This document shows, one piece after another, positions 31,011-40,905 of a stretch of DNA of 64,000 nucleotides. A program made the position numbers and the translations under genes. The notes under the pieces were generated by a model. The model ran no database searches. It was given only the letters and a program-made list of their open reading frames with translations, and had not been told where the DNA came from. Source of the stretch: Escherichia coli (lineage in GTDB: Bacteria; Pseudomonadota; Gammaproteobacteria; Enterobacterales; Enterobacteriaceae); assembly GCF_016903815.1 (NCBI RefSeq), contig NZ_CP069973.1, one strand, 5' to 3'. Each line of letters begins with the position of its first letter. Position 1 is the first letter of the stretch.

Positions 31011-32118
31011 CTTTTAAACAGTAATCGTATAAAGGTAATAGCATAGCCTCAGCCACAAGCGGACTAACGCTATTACCTATCTGTCTAAAACTGTGCCACT
31101 TTGTAGGATGAAAACGGAACCAATCAGGAAACCCTTGTAACCTAGCTGCTTCACGAGGAGTTATCACCCTAGCTTGAGTAGGGTGAATTGGCCTAACGGC
31201 CTGATAACTCCCCTTGTCACTTCCTGTACCTGCTCTCAAAGTTGGACAAAAACCGTTAGGATTGAGTCGTTGTGATCTCGAAATCTTATCAGTTTCACCG
31301 AATGAAAGTTGTCTATATCTCCTGAGCACTTCCTCCGAATGAGCTGTACCTAAAAAGCCAGATACCAATCCTTTCTTTAAATTTTGAATGGATTCTGCAT
31401 CACCTACACCATTTGGTATATGTCCCCAAAGTCGCTCATAATAGTAACCATCTTTATCCATTTTTACTGAACGCCAGCCTTGCTCCTCTGTCTGCCACTC
31501 TTTTCTTATAGTTCGCGGTAATCCGTAGAGTGCATCTTTGACAAGAGTCTGCTCTATTATATTTTTAGGAAAAAAATCAGATTCTTTTAACTGATTAATA
31601 AAACCTCTTTTAAAACCCATGAAAAATATTCGTGTCCGTGTCGTAGGTGCTCCATAATTTGAAGCATTAACCCTTATTGGATGTAATAAACAATAGCCAT
31701 CTCTAACTAAAGAAAATGCTTCTTCTCTTACTGGATTATATTTCTCACCCATAATTCCTGGAACATTCTCTGCCAAAAAACAAATTGGAGATAACTCACT
31801 TACCAACCTAAAAAAATGAATATACAATTCATTTCTTGTATCATTGGCATTCCTTTTTCCAATGGTGCTAAATCCTTGGCAAGGTGGACCACCAATAACG
31901 CAATCAATGTCCTTTACAGCACATGCAGACAAAATATCTTTTGCTGTAAGCGAGCAGACATCCCGATGCAAATGTGTTGATTTTGGGAAGTTTAACTCAT
32001 GTGAAAAAATAGCATGTTTATCCAGTTCAACAGCTCCAACCAAGTTGAAACCGGCTCGAGTTGCCCCTAAGCTTAAACCGCCAACTCCAGAGAATAAATC
32101 AACTACATTCATATTCAA
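30961..32118 (-). CDS. DNA (cytosine-5)-methyltransferase
   Basis: 385 aa; motif I DLFSGVGG, motif IV GGPPCQGFS, motif VI ENVPG, C-terminal QIGNSVSP; 3' end overlaps the partner gene by 50 bp convergently. Confidence 0.85.
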   Translation of the reverse strand: MNMNVVDLFSGVGGLSLGATRAGFNLVGAVELDKHAIFSHELNFPKSTHLHRDVCSLTAKDILSACAVKDIDCVIGGPPCQGFSTIGKRNANDTRNELYIHFFRLVSELSPICFLAENVPGIMGEKYNPVREEAFSLVRDGYCLLHPIRVNASNYGAPTTRTRIFFMGFKRGFINQLKESDFFPKNIIEQTLVKDALYGLPRTIRKEWQTEEQGWRSVKMDKDGYYYERLWGHIPNGVGDAESIQNLKKGLVSGFLGTAHSEEVLRRYRQLSFGETDKISRSQRLNPNGFCPTLRAGTGSDKGSYQAVRPIHPTQARVITPREAARLQGFPDWFRFHPTKWHSFRQIGNSVSPLVAEAMLLPLYDYCLKVKKESLNTMERPCSIR

Positions 32119-32394
32119 ATAACCATGCTAAAGATTCAACTAACGATCATGTATTCTATCATGACATCAGTCATTGTCTAAAGCCATAGTTGCTTTAAAA
32201 GTTGAATCAAACTAACAATCCCTTAATGTGAGAAAGTGATTTTTCGGATGATTAATAGCCACGCTCCAGCCCCCTGAAGTTCCCAATTTGCTGCTGATGG
32301 TCATTTTGAAAAACTCAAAGCAAGTGAACGACAGTTACTCTCTCCAAGCTCCGACCATCCAAACGAACAATGTAATCCTATGCAATTATATCAG

Positions 32395-34500
32395 CTAGCC
32401 ACTTATCTTCTCTTGCCGAGTAAACATTGGCAAATAATGCTTTAATGTGTTTCTAAACACTCTGACGACCTCTGGGTCACTCCATTCGATAACACCGTCA
32501 TCAACCAGATTAAGCACTGCTGCGGCGTGCTCAGAAGGTGTGGGAGCCGGTAACGAAGTATCACCACCAGTGAGCTTTCCACAGTTATTGACAGGACTCC
32601 GAGGCGCGGCGATGCCGCTTTTTAAAGTCAAAGGCTCAACGACCGGAACTTTCGGCACAATGCGCCAGTCCGTCGTTCTGGTGATATGAATATGACGCGC
32701 GCCGAGATGCGGCGCGTAAATGCCGACCACTCTCTCGACTTCTTCCTCGTACTCGTTAACGTCATCCGACGGGCTACGGGCAACCCTGACAGTCTGACAA
32801 TCGCGCGGGACATTTGCCCCACCCTGCGCGCTGATATACAACGCAAAATCACCACTGTCTGCGGCAGCGCGAGCAGCCTCGACGCGTTCGTCAAACTCAT
32901 CAGCAATACTGACGCCGCGAGGCAATTTGCGTAGTTCACGGTAAGCCCCCATTGTCGGCAGTCCAACCGTTTTAAATTGCGGGATGCGCCACGTTGACGC
33001 CCATGCAGTAACAGCCGCGGCAGTATCTTTCAGAGGTCTGCCGGTATCGTTATCGAGCTGACCATCCAGTGCATAGCCGTCGATGTTTTTTGAGATGTAT
33101 TTCGCGATATACCCCGCAGCACCGCCCCGGTTAAGGTGTTTTGCCTGAAAACGGTTTCGCGCGGCTCCTCTTTCGTCGCCATCCTCTTTGAGCGCATAGC
33201 GACGCATGATTTCGATAATCTGGTTACGCTGGCGCGGATTACAAAAAAGCATCATATGCCAGTGCGGCGTTCCGTCGTGGTGTGGCTCGACGACACGCAA
33301 ACCGTAGACCTGTAAATCATTATCCTTGAATGCCGTGCGCATCAGGCTCCAGATACGGCAGAGATAACGCTGCGCATCCTTTGGATTAAATGCCTCATCG
33401 TTCCAGCCGTGATTTAGCTGGACGGTTTTACTTTCGCCTTTTCTGACCTGACGTGTCGGGTGATACTTTGACGGCGCGGTCAGCGTGATAAACATCCCCA
33501 CATCACCCTCTGCTGCGGCGTAACGCTCAATACCGGCAATGGTGTTCATCAGCTCCATCCGGCGAATTTCAGGATTAGAAATACTGCCCATCACCTTACT
33601 GATAAGGTCGATGCGCTCGCCGGTTTCCCTGTTTTCGAGATCACACGATTTAAGAAATTCCAGATTTGCCTGGCGGCGTGCACGCACATCACGAATGGCA
33701 TGTTTACTGGCATAAGGAGAACGGTCTTTATTGACCTCCCCGACAGCAATCAGTAACGCCTCATGCCAGCGCATACGCTGGCCTTTAAGCTGATGAGTCC
33801 ACCACTCATCGTTAAACAGACGGGCAATGGCAGAATATGCCTGCCTCGTGGTCATCTGCCCTTTACGGTATTTTTTCCAGTAGAGAGGGGATATATTGAA
33901 AGCACGTGCAGCGCCAGCAACATGACCATAGAGGTGAGCCTGCGCCTCATCCGTAAACAGCGATTCTTTTTCGCCATGCGCATCCACCCAGGCATCGCTG
34001 AGTTCCTCATACATCATGAAAAGCTGCGATGAGATACGGGCAGCAAACTTTTTCAGCTCCTTGTCATTCATTCCCGGCAGGCGCGCATAGTGGTCACGCT
34101 CTGCCAGAAACAGTAACGACGCGTCGGTGTTCATTTCATGGCGCTGATTCACACGCTCAATGCGCGGCCATAAACGGCGCTGAAAAGTGGATGTGAGGAA
34201 ATAAAACCCGTGCACCGGGCTTTTATTGCGCCGGATGTAGTCATAGCGTGAAGTAAACAGCGAACGCAAAAAGTAAGGCAGGCGGTTAATCGTGGATAAA
34301 ACACCTTGCACCTGACGCATCTCGTCACGTGTAAGGGGTCTTTCGCGCCCGACAGCCTCGCGTGGCGCGCTCCATGCATAAGCACCGGTAAACGTCTTAC
34401 CGGTGCCTGCAGCAAATGCTGACGGAGGGACAAAACGCCCGGAGGCTTTAATGGCCATATGAGCCAAAAGCCTCTGAACAACGCTTGCTGAGTTGCTCAA
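32395..34500 (-). CDS. A: Replication initiation endonuclease gpA
   Basis: 701 aa in-frame ORF; position at end of early operon; true start may be upstream. Confidence 0.8.
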   Translation of the reverse strand: MSNSASVVQRLLAHMAIKASGRFVPPSAFAAGTGKTFTGAYAWSAPREAVGRERPLTRDEMRQVQGVLSTINRLPYFLRSLFTSRYDYIRRNKSPVHGFYFLTSTFQRRLWPRIERVNQRHEMNTDASLLFLAERDHYARLPGMNDKELKKFAARISSQLFMMYEELSDAWVDAHGEKESLFTDEAQAHLYGHVAGAARAFNISPLYWKKYRKGQMTTRQAYSAIARLFNDEWWTHQLKGQRMRWHEALLIAVGEVNKDRSPYASKHAIRDVRARRQANLEFLKSCDLENRETGERIDLISKVMGSISNPEIRRMELMNTIAGIERYAAAEGDVGMFITLTAPSKYHPTRQVRKGESKTVQLNHGWNDEAFNPKDAQRYLCRIWSLMRTAFKDNDLQVYGLRVVEPHHDGTPHWHMMLFCNPRQRNQIIEIMRRYALKEDGDERGAARNRFQAKHLNRGGAAGYIAKYISKNIDGYALDGQLDNDTGRPLKDTAAAVTAWASTWRIPQFKTVGLPTMGAYRELRKLPRGVSIADEFDERVEAARAAADSGDFALYISAQGGANVPRDCQTVRVARSPSDDVNEYEEEVERVVGIYAPHLGARHIHITRTTDWRIVPKVPVVEPLTLKSGIAAPRSPVNNCGKLTGGDTSLPAPTPSEHAAAVLNLVDDGVIEWSDPEVVRVFRNTLKHYLPMFTRQEKISG

Positions 34501-34723
34501 CCTGCGCGTTTAAATCAGCAAAAGACTTTGCGCTTCCGGTCAGAATATCGTGATGCATCAGGCCGGAAACGAGCTGGCTTAATTTCGGGTAATAACCAAC
34601 CACCGCCAGCCACTCCTGACCGGCGTTTTTACCGCTTTCCGCTCTCTTTTTCTCATGGAGAATAAACTGAAAGCTGTCACTGGTAACGACATAACGTTCG
34701 CCAATTTCTATACGAATGCTCAT
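34448..34723 (-). CDS. Early-operon small protein (orf83-like)
   Basis: 91 aa; position. Confidence 0.5.
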   Translation of the reverse strand: MSIRIEIGERYVVTSDSFQFILHEKKRAESGKNAGQEWLAVVGYYPKLSQLVSGLMHHDILTGSAKSFADLNAQVEQLSKRCSEAFGSYGH

Positions 34724-34944
34724 GCCATTCTCCGGTAATGTTTGTTTTTTGCTTCAAAGACTGACTGACAGGAAACACAACGCGTGGCTGACGGATAAGC
34801 CGCACGACGGGCAGCAGGTATTGGCACGTCACACTCTTCACAAACCAGCGCAGAAGCACCGCAATGTTTTACCCTTGCCGCGTTAATCTGGCGCTCCAGT
34901 AATTCAGCCTGCTGTTCCTGAATAAAATCCACGTTGTCCGGCAT
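34720..34944 (-). CDS. TraR/DksA-family C4 zinc-finger protein (orf82-like)
   Basis: 74 aa; CxxC...CxxC pattern (CEECDVPIP...RCVSCQ). Confidence 0.65.
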   Translation of the reverse strand: MPDNVDFIQEQQAELLERQINAARVKHCGASALVCEECDVPIPAARRAAYPSATRCVSCQSVFEAKNKHYRRMA

Positions 34945-35249
34945 TACCAGCTCCTTTTGTCGTTCAGCTTCTTAAATTCATCAGCGCAATAGCTGGCGAT
35001 TTCTGTCGTTAATTTCGTCAGTTCATCCACGGAGGAGATTTGCTTATGAAATACAGCGCGTTTAACAAGTAAATTGACCACATCAGACAGGAGGTTTAAT
35101 TCGTTCTGATAAATCGCGATAACAGATTCAGTTATTTCGCGTTTTTCTTTATCAAGACCAAGTTGAATAAGAGACAAATCGCCATTTTTCATAACGGCGA
35201 TTTTTAAGGCATTGTTCAGTAATACAACTGAATGAGAACAGGACATCAA
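34944..35249 (-). CDS. Early-operon small protein (orf81-like)
   Basis: 101 aa; translational coupling. Confidence 0.5.
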   Translation of the reverse strand: MMSCSHSVVLLNNALKIAVMKNGDLSLIQLGLDKEKREITESVIAIYQNELNLLSDVVNLLVKRAVFHKQISSVDELTKLTTEIASYCADEFKKLNDKRSW

Positions 35250-35503
35250 AGCACCTCCCCGCGAGACAACCCGATATTGTGAAATTTTTCCGACTCCTGA
35301 CTGAGCAGCTCGACTATCTCCACGCGGGATAACTCCGCCTTTGTGATATGGCGAATCATGGCGTCAAGATGAGAAGAAAAGCGCGTCGCTGCGTCGGCCT
35401 GTGCTTCGGTTCTGGCCTGTTGCAGCAGTAATGCGTATTTACCGCACTGATTTTCAGAAACTGTATGCATGACTTTCTCCAGGCAAAAAGAAGCCCCGCA
35501 CAA
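35246..35503 (-). CDS. Early-operon small protein (orf80-like)
   Basis: 85 aa; translational coupling. Confidence 0.5.
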   Translation of the reverse strand: MCGASFCLEKVMHTVSENQCGKYALLLQQARTEAQADAATRFSSHLDAMIRHITKAELSRVEIVELLSQESEKFHNIGLSRGEVL

Positions 35504-35533
35504 TTAAGTGCGTTAAAAACTCTGGTTAATTAC

Positions 35534-36034
35534 TTAATGCAGATATTGCTCTGGTTTTACCGATGTCAGAATTGTCGGTGCATACTCAAACAGACTGAAT
35601 AATTCACGTAATGCACGGAATAAAGCTTCACGCCAGTAACATGATTCTTCATTAATTCGCCAGTATGGCTGGTTAAATTCTTTTTCTGTCAGTCGTGCGT
35701 GCATAAATAAAGTGCGGCGCTGACTGACAGTTAAAAAGCTAATATATGCATACTCACTTGCACCGACCTGACGGCGTTTTGAGAATGCCCCACGCAATTC
35801 ATCAATTGCACAAACCAGCCGTTCACGTTCGACGTCGTTCATTTCTTCAAAACGCATCGTTGCGTGACGTTGTTTTAACTGCGCATGAAAGCAAACTGTT
35901 AGCCGTTCGCGCTCCATCATCTGATTATAATAATCACATGTCTCCTGCCAGCGAGGAACGGCAAGATGCTTACCAATTATCCGGCGCATAGTTGCTGGCT
36001 GTTTTTCAACGAGATTGAGCGTCATCACTGTCAT
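35534..36034 (-). CDS. B: Replication protein gpB
   Basis: 166 aa, matching P2 B length and position. Confidence 0.65.
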   Translation of the reverse strand: MTVMTLNLVEKQPATMRRIIGKHLAVPRWQETCDYYNQMMERERLTVCFHAQLKQRHATMRFEEMNDVERERLVCAIDELRGAFSKRRQVGASEYAYISFLTVSQRRTLFMHARLTEKEFNQPYWRINEESCYWREALFRALRELFSLFEYAPTILTSVKPEQYLH

Positions 36035-36225
36035 TTCCAGCCCCTCCGGCTTTTCAGAAAGGTCAGAGCCTTCTTTAACGGACTCTGTTTTTTGGTGCGG
36101 ATAATGATTCCCTTGCGTCCCTTCCCGTGGGTGATGGTGAAGTCAATCGCCCTGGGGCTTTCGTTACGCAATAACTGAGCAATACAACGAGGCTCATTCA
36201 TACGGTTCTCCTTAACGTGGTTCAC
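36031..36225 (-). CDS. Early-operon small protein (orf78-like)
   Basis: 64 aa between cox and B. Confidence 0.45.
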   Translation of the reverse strand: MNHVKENRMNEPRCIAQLLRNESPRAIDFTITHGKGRKGIIIRTKKQSPLKKALTFLKSRRGWK

Positions 36226-36487
36226 CGAGACCTAACCACATCAACCAGCCGTCACGAATCTCTTTAGGACGGCTTTCATAAGCCAGTTTTAGTCCGTTAT
36301 TCCATGCCGGAATGTATACCCAATATTCACCAGCACGCCCCGATACTGACTGAGGGTCAGTAATCTCAATAACTGGTAATTTCCCTTTCTCAATCATGCC
36401 CCTTACAGCTCTTGGAGTTTTACCAATGAGTTTTGCAAACTCCTGATAAGGCACGGCATCAGTCACGCTTACAAGCTGTCTATTCAT
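36212..36487 (-). CDS. cox: Cox (excisionase / Pc repressor)
   Basis: 91 aa, first gene of early operon, divergent from C. Confidence 0.75.
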   Translation of the reverse strand: MNRQLVSVTDAVPYQEFAKLIGKTPRAVRGMIEKGKLPVIEITDPQSVSGRAGEYWVYIPAWNNGLKLAYESRPKEIRDGWLMWLGLGEPR

Positions 36488-36608
36488 CTGCTACGATTCT
36501 CCCTTAGTGCTTCTAATGGCTCCTAATGGCTAATTATTGCCTAAAAGGATAACTCCAGAAGCACAACATTTCACACCATCAGCAAGAAATTACGCAATCG
36601 GAGTAATT

Positions 36609-36908
36609 ATGTCAATAGACGTTTCGGAGAAGTTGAAGCTAATCCGTGAATCTGAAAGGTTAAACCGTAAAGAATTCAGTGAATTAACTGGTGTAGCCTA
36701 CAGCTCACTTTCGAGCTATGAGAGCCGGTCAAAAAACGCTGGAGTTGAAGCCATAATGAAGGTCTTACAACATCCCAGATTTACTAAATATACTTTGTGG
36801 TTCATGACTGATCAGGTAGCTCCAGAAGCCGGGCAAATTGCGCCCGCTCTCGCACACTTTGGGCAAAACGAAACAACGTCGCCCCACTCCGGTCAAAAGA
36901 CTGGTTAA
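36609..36908 (+). CDS. C: Immunity repressor C
   Basis: About 99 aa from MSIDVSEKLKL; helix-turn-helix-like N-terminus; upstream of int. Confidence 0.7.
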   Translation: MSIDVSEKLKLIRESERLNRKEFSELTGVAYSSLSSYESRSKNAGVEAIMKVLQHPRFTKYTLWFMTDQVAPEAGQIAPALAHFGQNETTSPHSGQKTG

Positions 36909-37023
36909 CAATTTATCGTGAATATATTCATCACAAGTGCCTACTATTGGTGGCTAAATTTCAGCCACCACGAAAAAAGCGATTAGTAGTAGCAAAAAAA
37001 AGTACCACTCGGAGGGTTTTCTG

Positions 37024-38037
37024 ATGGCAATCAAAAAACTCGATGATGGTCGATATGAAGTGGACATTCGCCCTACTGGACGTAACGGAAAACGCATCCG
37101 TAGGAAGTTTGATAAGAAAAGCGAAGCTGTCGCTTTCGAAAAATACACGTTGTACAACCACCACAATAAAGAATGGCTATCAAAACCAACAGACAAACGA
37201 CGTCTGTCGGAACTGACACAGATCTGGTGGGATTTAAAGGGTAAACACGAAGAGCATGGGAAATCTAATCTTGGAAAAATTGAAATCTTCACAAAAATAA
37301 CGAATGACCCATGCGCATTTCAAATCACGAAATCCCTTATCAGCCAGTACTGCGCCACCCGAAGAAGTCAGGGTATTAAACCTTCGAGTATCAATCGTGA
37401 TTTAACATGTATTAGCGGCATGTTTACAGCCCTGATTGAAGCGGAGTTATTCTTTGGTGAGCACCCTATCAGAGGGACAAAGAGGCTTAAGGAGGAAAAA
37501 CCAGAAACAGGCTATCTCACACAGGAAGAAATTGCCTTACTGCTTGCAGCACTTGACGGCGACAATAAAAAGATTGCGATTCTTTGCCTGAGTACAGGAG
37601 CACGTTGGGGAGAAGCAGCTCGTTTGAAAGCAGAAAATATCATCCATAACCGCGTCACGTTTGTTAAAACGAAAACAAACAAACCACGCACCGTCCCGAT
37701 CTCAGAGGCTGTTGCCAAAATGATCGCGGATAACAAACGAGGTTTTTTATTCCCTGATGCTGATTACCCTCGCTTCAGACGAACAATGAAAGCAATAAAA
37801 CCGGATTTGCCAACGGGGCAAGCCACACATGCACTAAGGCACAGCTTTGCCACTCATTTCATGATTAATGGAGGAAGTATTATCACGCTACAACGGATAC
37901 TAGGTCACACGCGGATTGAGCAAACTATGGTTTACGCTCATTTTGCGCCAGAGTACCTTCAGGACGCCATTTCTCTTAATCCGCTAAGAGGTGGTACTGA
38001 AGCCGAGAGTGTCCACACAGTGTCCACAGTAGAGTAA
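37024..38037 (+). CDS. int: Tyrosine integrase
   Basis: 337 aa; C-terminal catalytic motifs (HALRHSFATHF ... LGHTRIEQTMVYAH). Confidence 0.9.
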   Translation: MAIKKLDDGRYEVDIRPTGRNGKRIRRKFDKKSEAVAFEKYTLYNHHNKEWLSKPTDKRRLSELTQIWWDLKGKHEEHGKSNLGKIEIFTKITNDPCAFQITKSLISQYCATRRSQGIKPSSINRDLTCISGMFTALIEAELFFGEHPIRGTKRLKEEKPETGYLTQEEIALLLAALDGDNKKIAILCLSTGARWGEAARLKAENIIHNRVTFVKTKTNKPRTVPISEAVAKMIADNKRGFLFPDADYPRFRRTMKAIKPDLPTGQATHALRHSFATHFMINGGSIITLQRILGHTRIEQTMVYAHFAPEYLQDAISLNPLRGGTEAESVHTVSTVE

Positions 38038-38116
38038 CGTTTAAGGGCTTTCAGTGGTAATTTATGCCGCTCAAACCCGCATTGTACCGTTGAAAGCCCC
38101 TACTGGTGACACCCTA

Positions 38117-38143
38117 AATCTCCCTTACACGGGCTTATTTTTT
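38117..38143. repeat. Prophage attachment-site core, right copy
   Basis: Identical 27 bp to 4926..4952. Confidence 0.8.
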
Positions 38144-38313
38144 GTGCATAAACCATAGAGACGGATTGATCCCAGGTGACCGTCTTCCATTGACCACATC
38201 GATAGAATCTCCCTTCATAGCACGATGCCTTTCACGTAACGGCATCGTGCTCGCACAGGTTCCGGCTAAGCACAACCAGAACGCGCATGTTTGACGCTTA
38301 CCAAAAAATATTC

Positions 38314-38631
38314 TCACTCTCCACATTTGAATGTCAGACGAGCGACGCCATGTAATCCTGCACCTTCTGTCTTCAGGTCAACTATCTGCATTTTTTTGCC
38401 CTGAGTAACACAGAAATGAGCTGCATCATTTTTTACTATATTTTCTGCACCAGATATTCTGCCCCTGGCTAAAGAAGCTTCGGCTTCGGTGTAGTATTGG
38501 TTATCGAGTTTACGCTGAATATTACTTTTATATGCAAGACCAAATTTACCGATACTTGTCTCATCATTATGTACAGCACACCCAGACATAAGAAAAACAC
38601 TAATTAATGATATAGCAGCTATCTTTTTCAT
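38314..38631 (-). CDS. yegR: Lipoprotein YegR
   Basis: MKKIAAISLISVFLMSGC lipobox signal; synteny. Confidence 0.75.
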   Translation of the reverse strand: MKKIAAISLISVFLMSGCAVHNDETSIGKFGLAYKSNIQRKLDNQYYTEAEASLARGRISGAENIVKNDAAHFCVTQGKKMQIVDLKTEGAGLHGVARLTFKCGE

Positions 38632-39045
38632 CTTACCTTCCCCCATTAAATACCAACGACACGCTCTGGTGTTAAAATATAATAATGGCATGATTATTAT
38701 AATTGAATAGGATTATAATAAATGTTCTGTACAACATTTCCTACATAAGTAGGAATTACAAACATGAAGCCCTGCCCAGGTATCCCCATGAGGGCTTTAA
38801 TATATTTAGAATAAGATAGTGAAGATGCCACTGTTTAGTTGAATATTAGGTATATGCTCTTTTTTGAAATTTACCGGTGGCTACCGTTAACATTCACTGT
38901 CCCCATTGCAAGCTCCTGGTGGTAACCACTGAATCCTCCATACTTGAACTGATTTTTTATCCTCCGACTTTCATCCTGTTCTGACTCCACCTTTTCTTTT
39001 CTGCTCTACACTATCTACAGACCAATCATAAAGGCACATACGATC

Positions 39046-39945
39046 ATGGCAGAATTTCCCGCCAGCTTACTGATTCTTAATGGCAAAAGTACTGACAATT
39101 TACCATTGCGCGAAGCAATTATGCTGTTGCGTGAGGAAGGAATGACGATCCATGTGCGGGTCACCTGGGAGAAAGGCGATGCCGCACGATATGTAGAGGA
39201 GGCCCGGAAGTTGGGCGTCGCAACGGTGATTGCCGGTGGTGGCGATGGCACCATTAATGAAGTTTCTACGGCGTTGATTCAGTGTGAGGGGGATGACATA
39301 CCCGCGCTAGGAATTTTGCCATTAGGAACCGCCAATGATTTTGCCACCAGTGTAAGGATTCCTGAGGCACTGGATAAGGCGCTGAAACTGGCAATTGCCG
39401 GTGACGCCATTGCGATAGATATGGCGCAGGTCAACAAACAAACCTGTTTTATTAATATGGCGACAGGCGGATTTGGGACGCGTATTACCACAGAAACGCC
39501 GGAAAAATTAAAAGCCGCGCTGGGTGGCGTCTCTTACATCATTCATGGCTTAATGCGCATGGATACTCTGCAACCGGACCGTTGTGAGATCCGCGGTGAA
39601 AACTTTCACTGGCAAGGTGACGCCCTGGTCATTGGTATTGGTAACGGGCGTCAGGCCGGTGGCGGTCAGCAATTGTGCCCGAACGCGTTAATTAACGATG
39701 GCTTGCTGCAACTGCGCATTTTTACCGGCGATGAAATTCTTCCGGCTCTCGTATCAACATTAAAATCTGACGAAGATAACCCGAATATTATCGAAGGCGC
39801 TTCGTCGTGGTTTGATATACAAGCCCCACACGAAATCACTTTTAATCTTGATGGCGAACCGTTGAGCGGACAAAACTTTCATATTGAAATACTTCCGGCG
39901 GCGTTGCGTTGTCGATTACCACCAGATTGCCCATTGTTGCGTTAA
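39046..39945 (+). CDS. yegS: Lipid kinase YegS
   Basis: 299 aa; diacylglycerol-kinase catalytic motif GGDGT. Confidence 0.9.
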   Translation: MAEFPASLLILNGKSTDNLPLREAIMLLREEGMTIHVRVTWEKGDAARYVEEARKLGVATVIAGGGDGTINEVSTALIQCEGDDIPALGILPLGTANDFATSVRIPEALDKALKLAIAGDAIAIDMAQVNKQTCFINMATGGFGTRITTETPEKLKAALGGVSYIIHGLMRMDTLQPDRCEIRGENFHWQGDALVIGIGNGRQAGGGQQLCPNALINDGLLQLRIFTGDEILPALVSTLKSDEDNPNIIEGASSWFDIQAPHEITFNLDGEPLSGQNFHIEILPAALRCRLPPDCPLLR

Positions 39946-39982
39946 TCACACTATTCTCTCTTGAACCAGGGAGAATCCGTAA

Positions 39983-40016
39983 TGCCGGATGCGGTGTAAA
40001 AACTTTATCCGGCATA
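39983..40016. repeat. REP (repetitive extragenic palindromic) element
   Basis: gccggatgcggtgtaaaaactttatccggc imperfect palindrome. Confidence 0.5.
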
Positions 40017-40026
40017 CAGAGCAATA

Positions 40027-40806
40027 CTACACCGTAATTAATTTCACCCGTGTCTTCTGCAATGCCAGTTTATCCACCTCTGACACGGCATCATCGGTAA
40101 TAATAATGTCAATTTTTTCGATTGGCAGTACCTGATTAAAACCGCGACGATTAAATTTCGATGAATCGAGAACGGCAATCACTTTATTTGCGGCTGTAAC
40201 CATCGCCCCGCTAATCGAATAACCTTCATTAAAGGTCGTAATACCATTAACCGCATCAATACCATCAGCACCGACAAACATTAAATCGGCATTAATATCC
40301 TGCAATGAACGCTCGGCAATGGAACCATGCATCGAGCGTGTTTTATGGCGGACGGTCCCACCACAGACGACCAGAGTAATGTCTTTATTTTCGGAAAGGG
40401 CAAATGCTGCCGGGAGACTGTTGGTAATCACCGTGATATTTTTGGCGGTCATTAATCCTTCGGCGATAAGCATTGTCGTACTTCCGCTGTCGAGAATAAC
40501 GGTCATCCCTTCGTGGATCATTTTGACTGCCGCCTGCGCTATTCTGTTTTTTGGCGCGCTGGCGAGCTGAAATCGCTCTTTAAACCCAACTTCCTGGGTC
40601 TCGGTTTCACTATTACCGGACATTATTTTCGCCGCACCGCCATGAAAGCGCGTAACCACGCCTTTTTGTTCGAGAAAGCGCAAATCGGCACGGATTGTCG
40701 CTTCCGAGGCAGCAAATACTCCCGCCAGATCCTGAACAAGCACGGTTCCCTGTTCATTCACTAATTGGATGATCTTATTCCTTCGCTCGAATGAATTCAT
40801 CGTCAT
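40027..40806 (-). CDS. gatR: DeoR-family galactitol operon repressor GatR (intact)
   Basis: 259 aa uninterrupted; HTH N-terminus and DeoR sugar-binding domain. Confidence 0.85.
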   Translation of the reverse strand: MTMNSFERRNKIIQLVNEQGTVLVQDLAGVFAASEATIRADLRFLEQKGVVTRFHGGAAKIMSGNSETETQEVGFKERFQLASAPKNRIAQAAVKMIHEGMTVILDSGSTTMLIAEGLMTAKNITVITNSLPAAFALSENKDITLVVCGGTVRHKTRSMHGSIAERSLQDINADLMFVGADGIDAVNGITTFNEGYSISGAMVTAANKVIAVLDSSKFNRRGFNQVLPIEKIDIIITDDAVSEVDKLALQKTRVKLITV

Positions 40807-40905
40807 TTACCCATATTCAATTGTGGCTAGTGTAAACGAAGGGGGACCATTGGTGAATGATCTGTTTTGCACAATACCGGGCCAGCATCACGCTGGCCCG
40901 CGGTT

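Larger units (their letters stand above)
4926..38143. mobile_element. P2-like (Peduovirus-type) prophage, apparently complete, integrated at the cyaR 3' end
   Basis: Full P2 gene order ogr-D-U-T-E-FII-FI-(cargo)-G-H-I-J-W-V-(cargo)-S-R-lysis-X-L-M-N-O/P-Q-cos-(cargo)-A-B-cox-C-int bounded by a 27-bp direct repeat. Confidence 0.9.
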
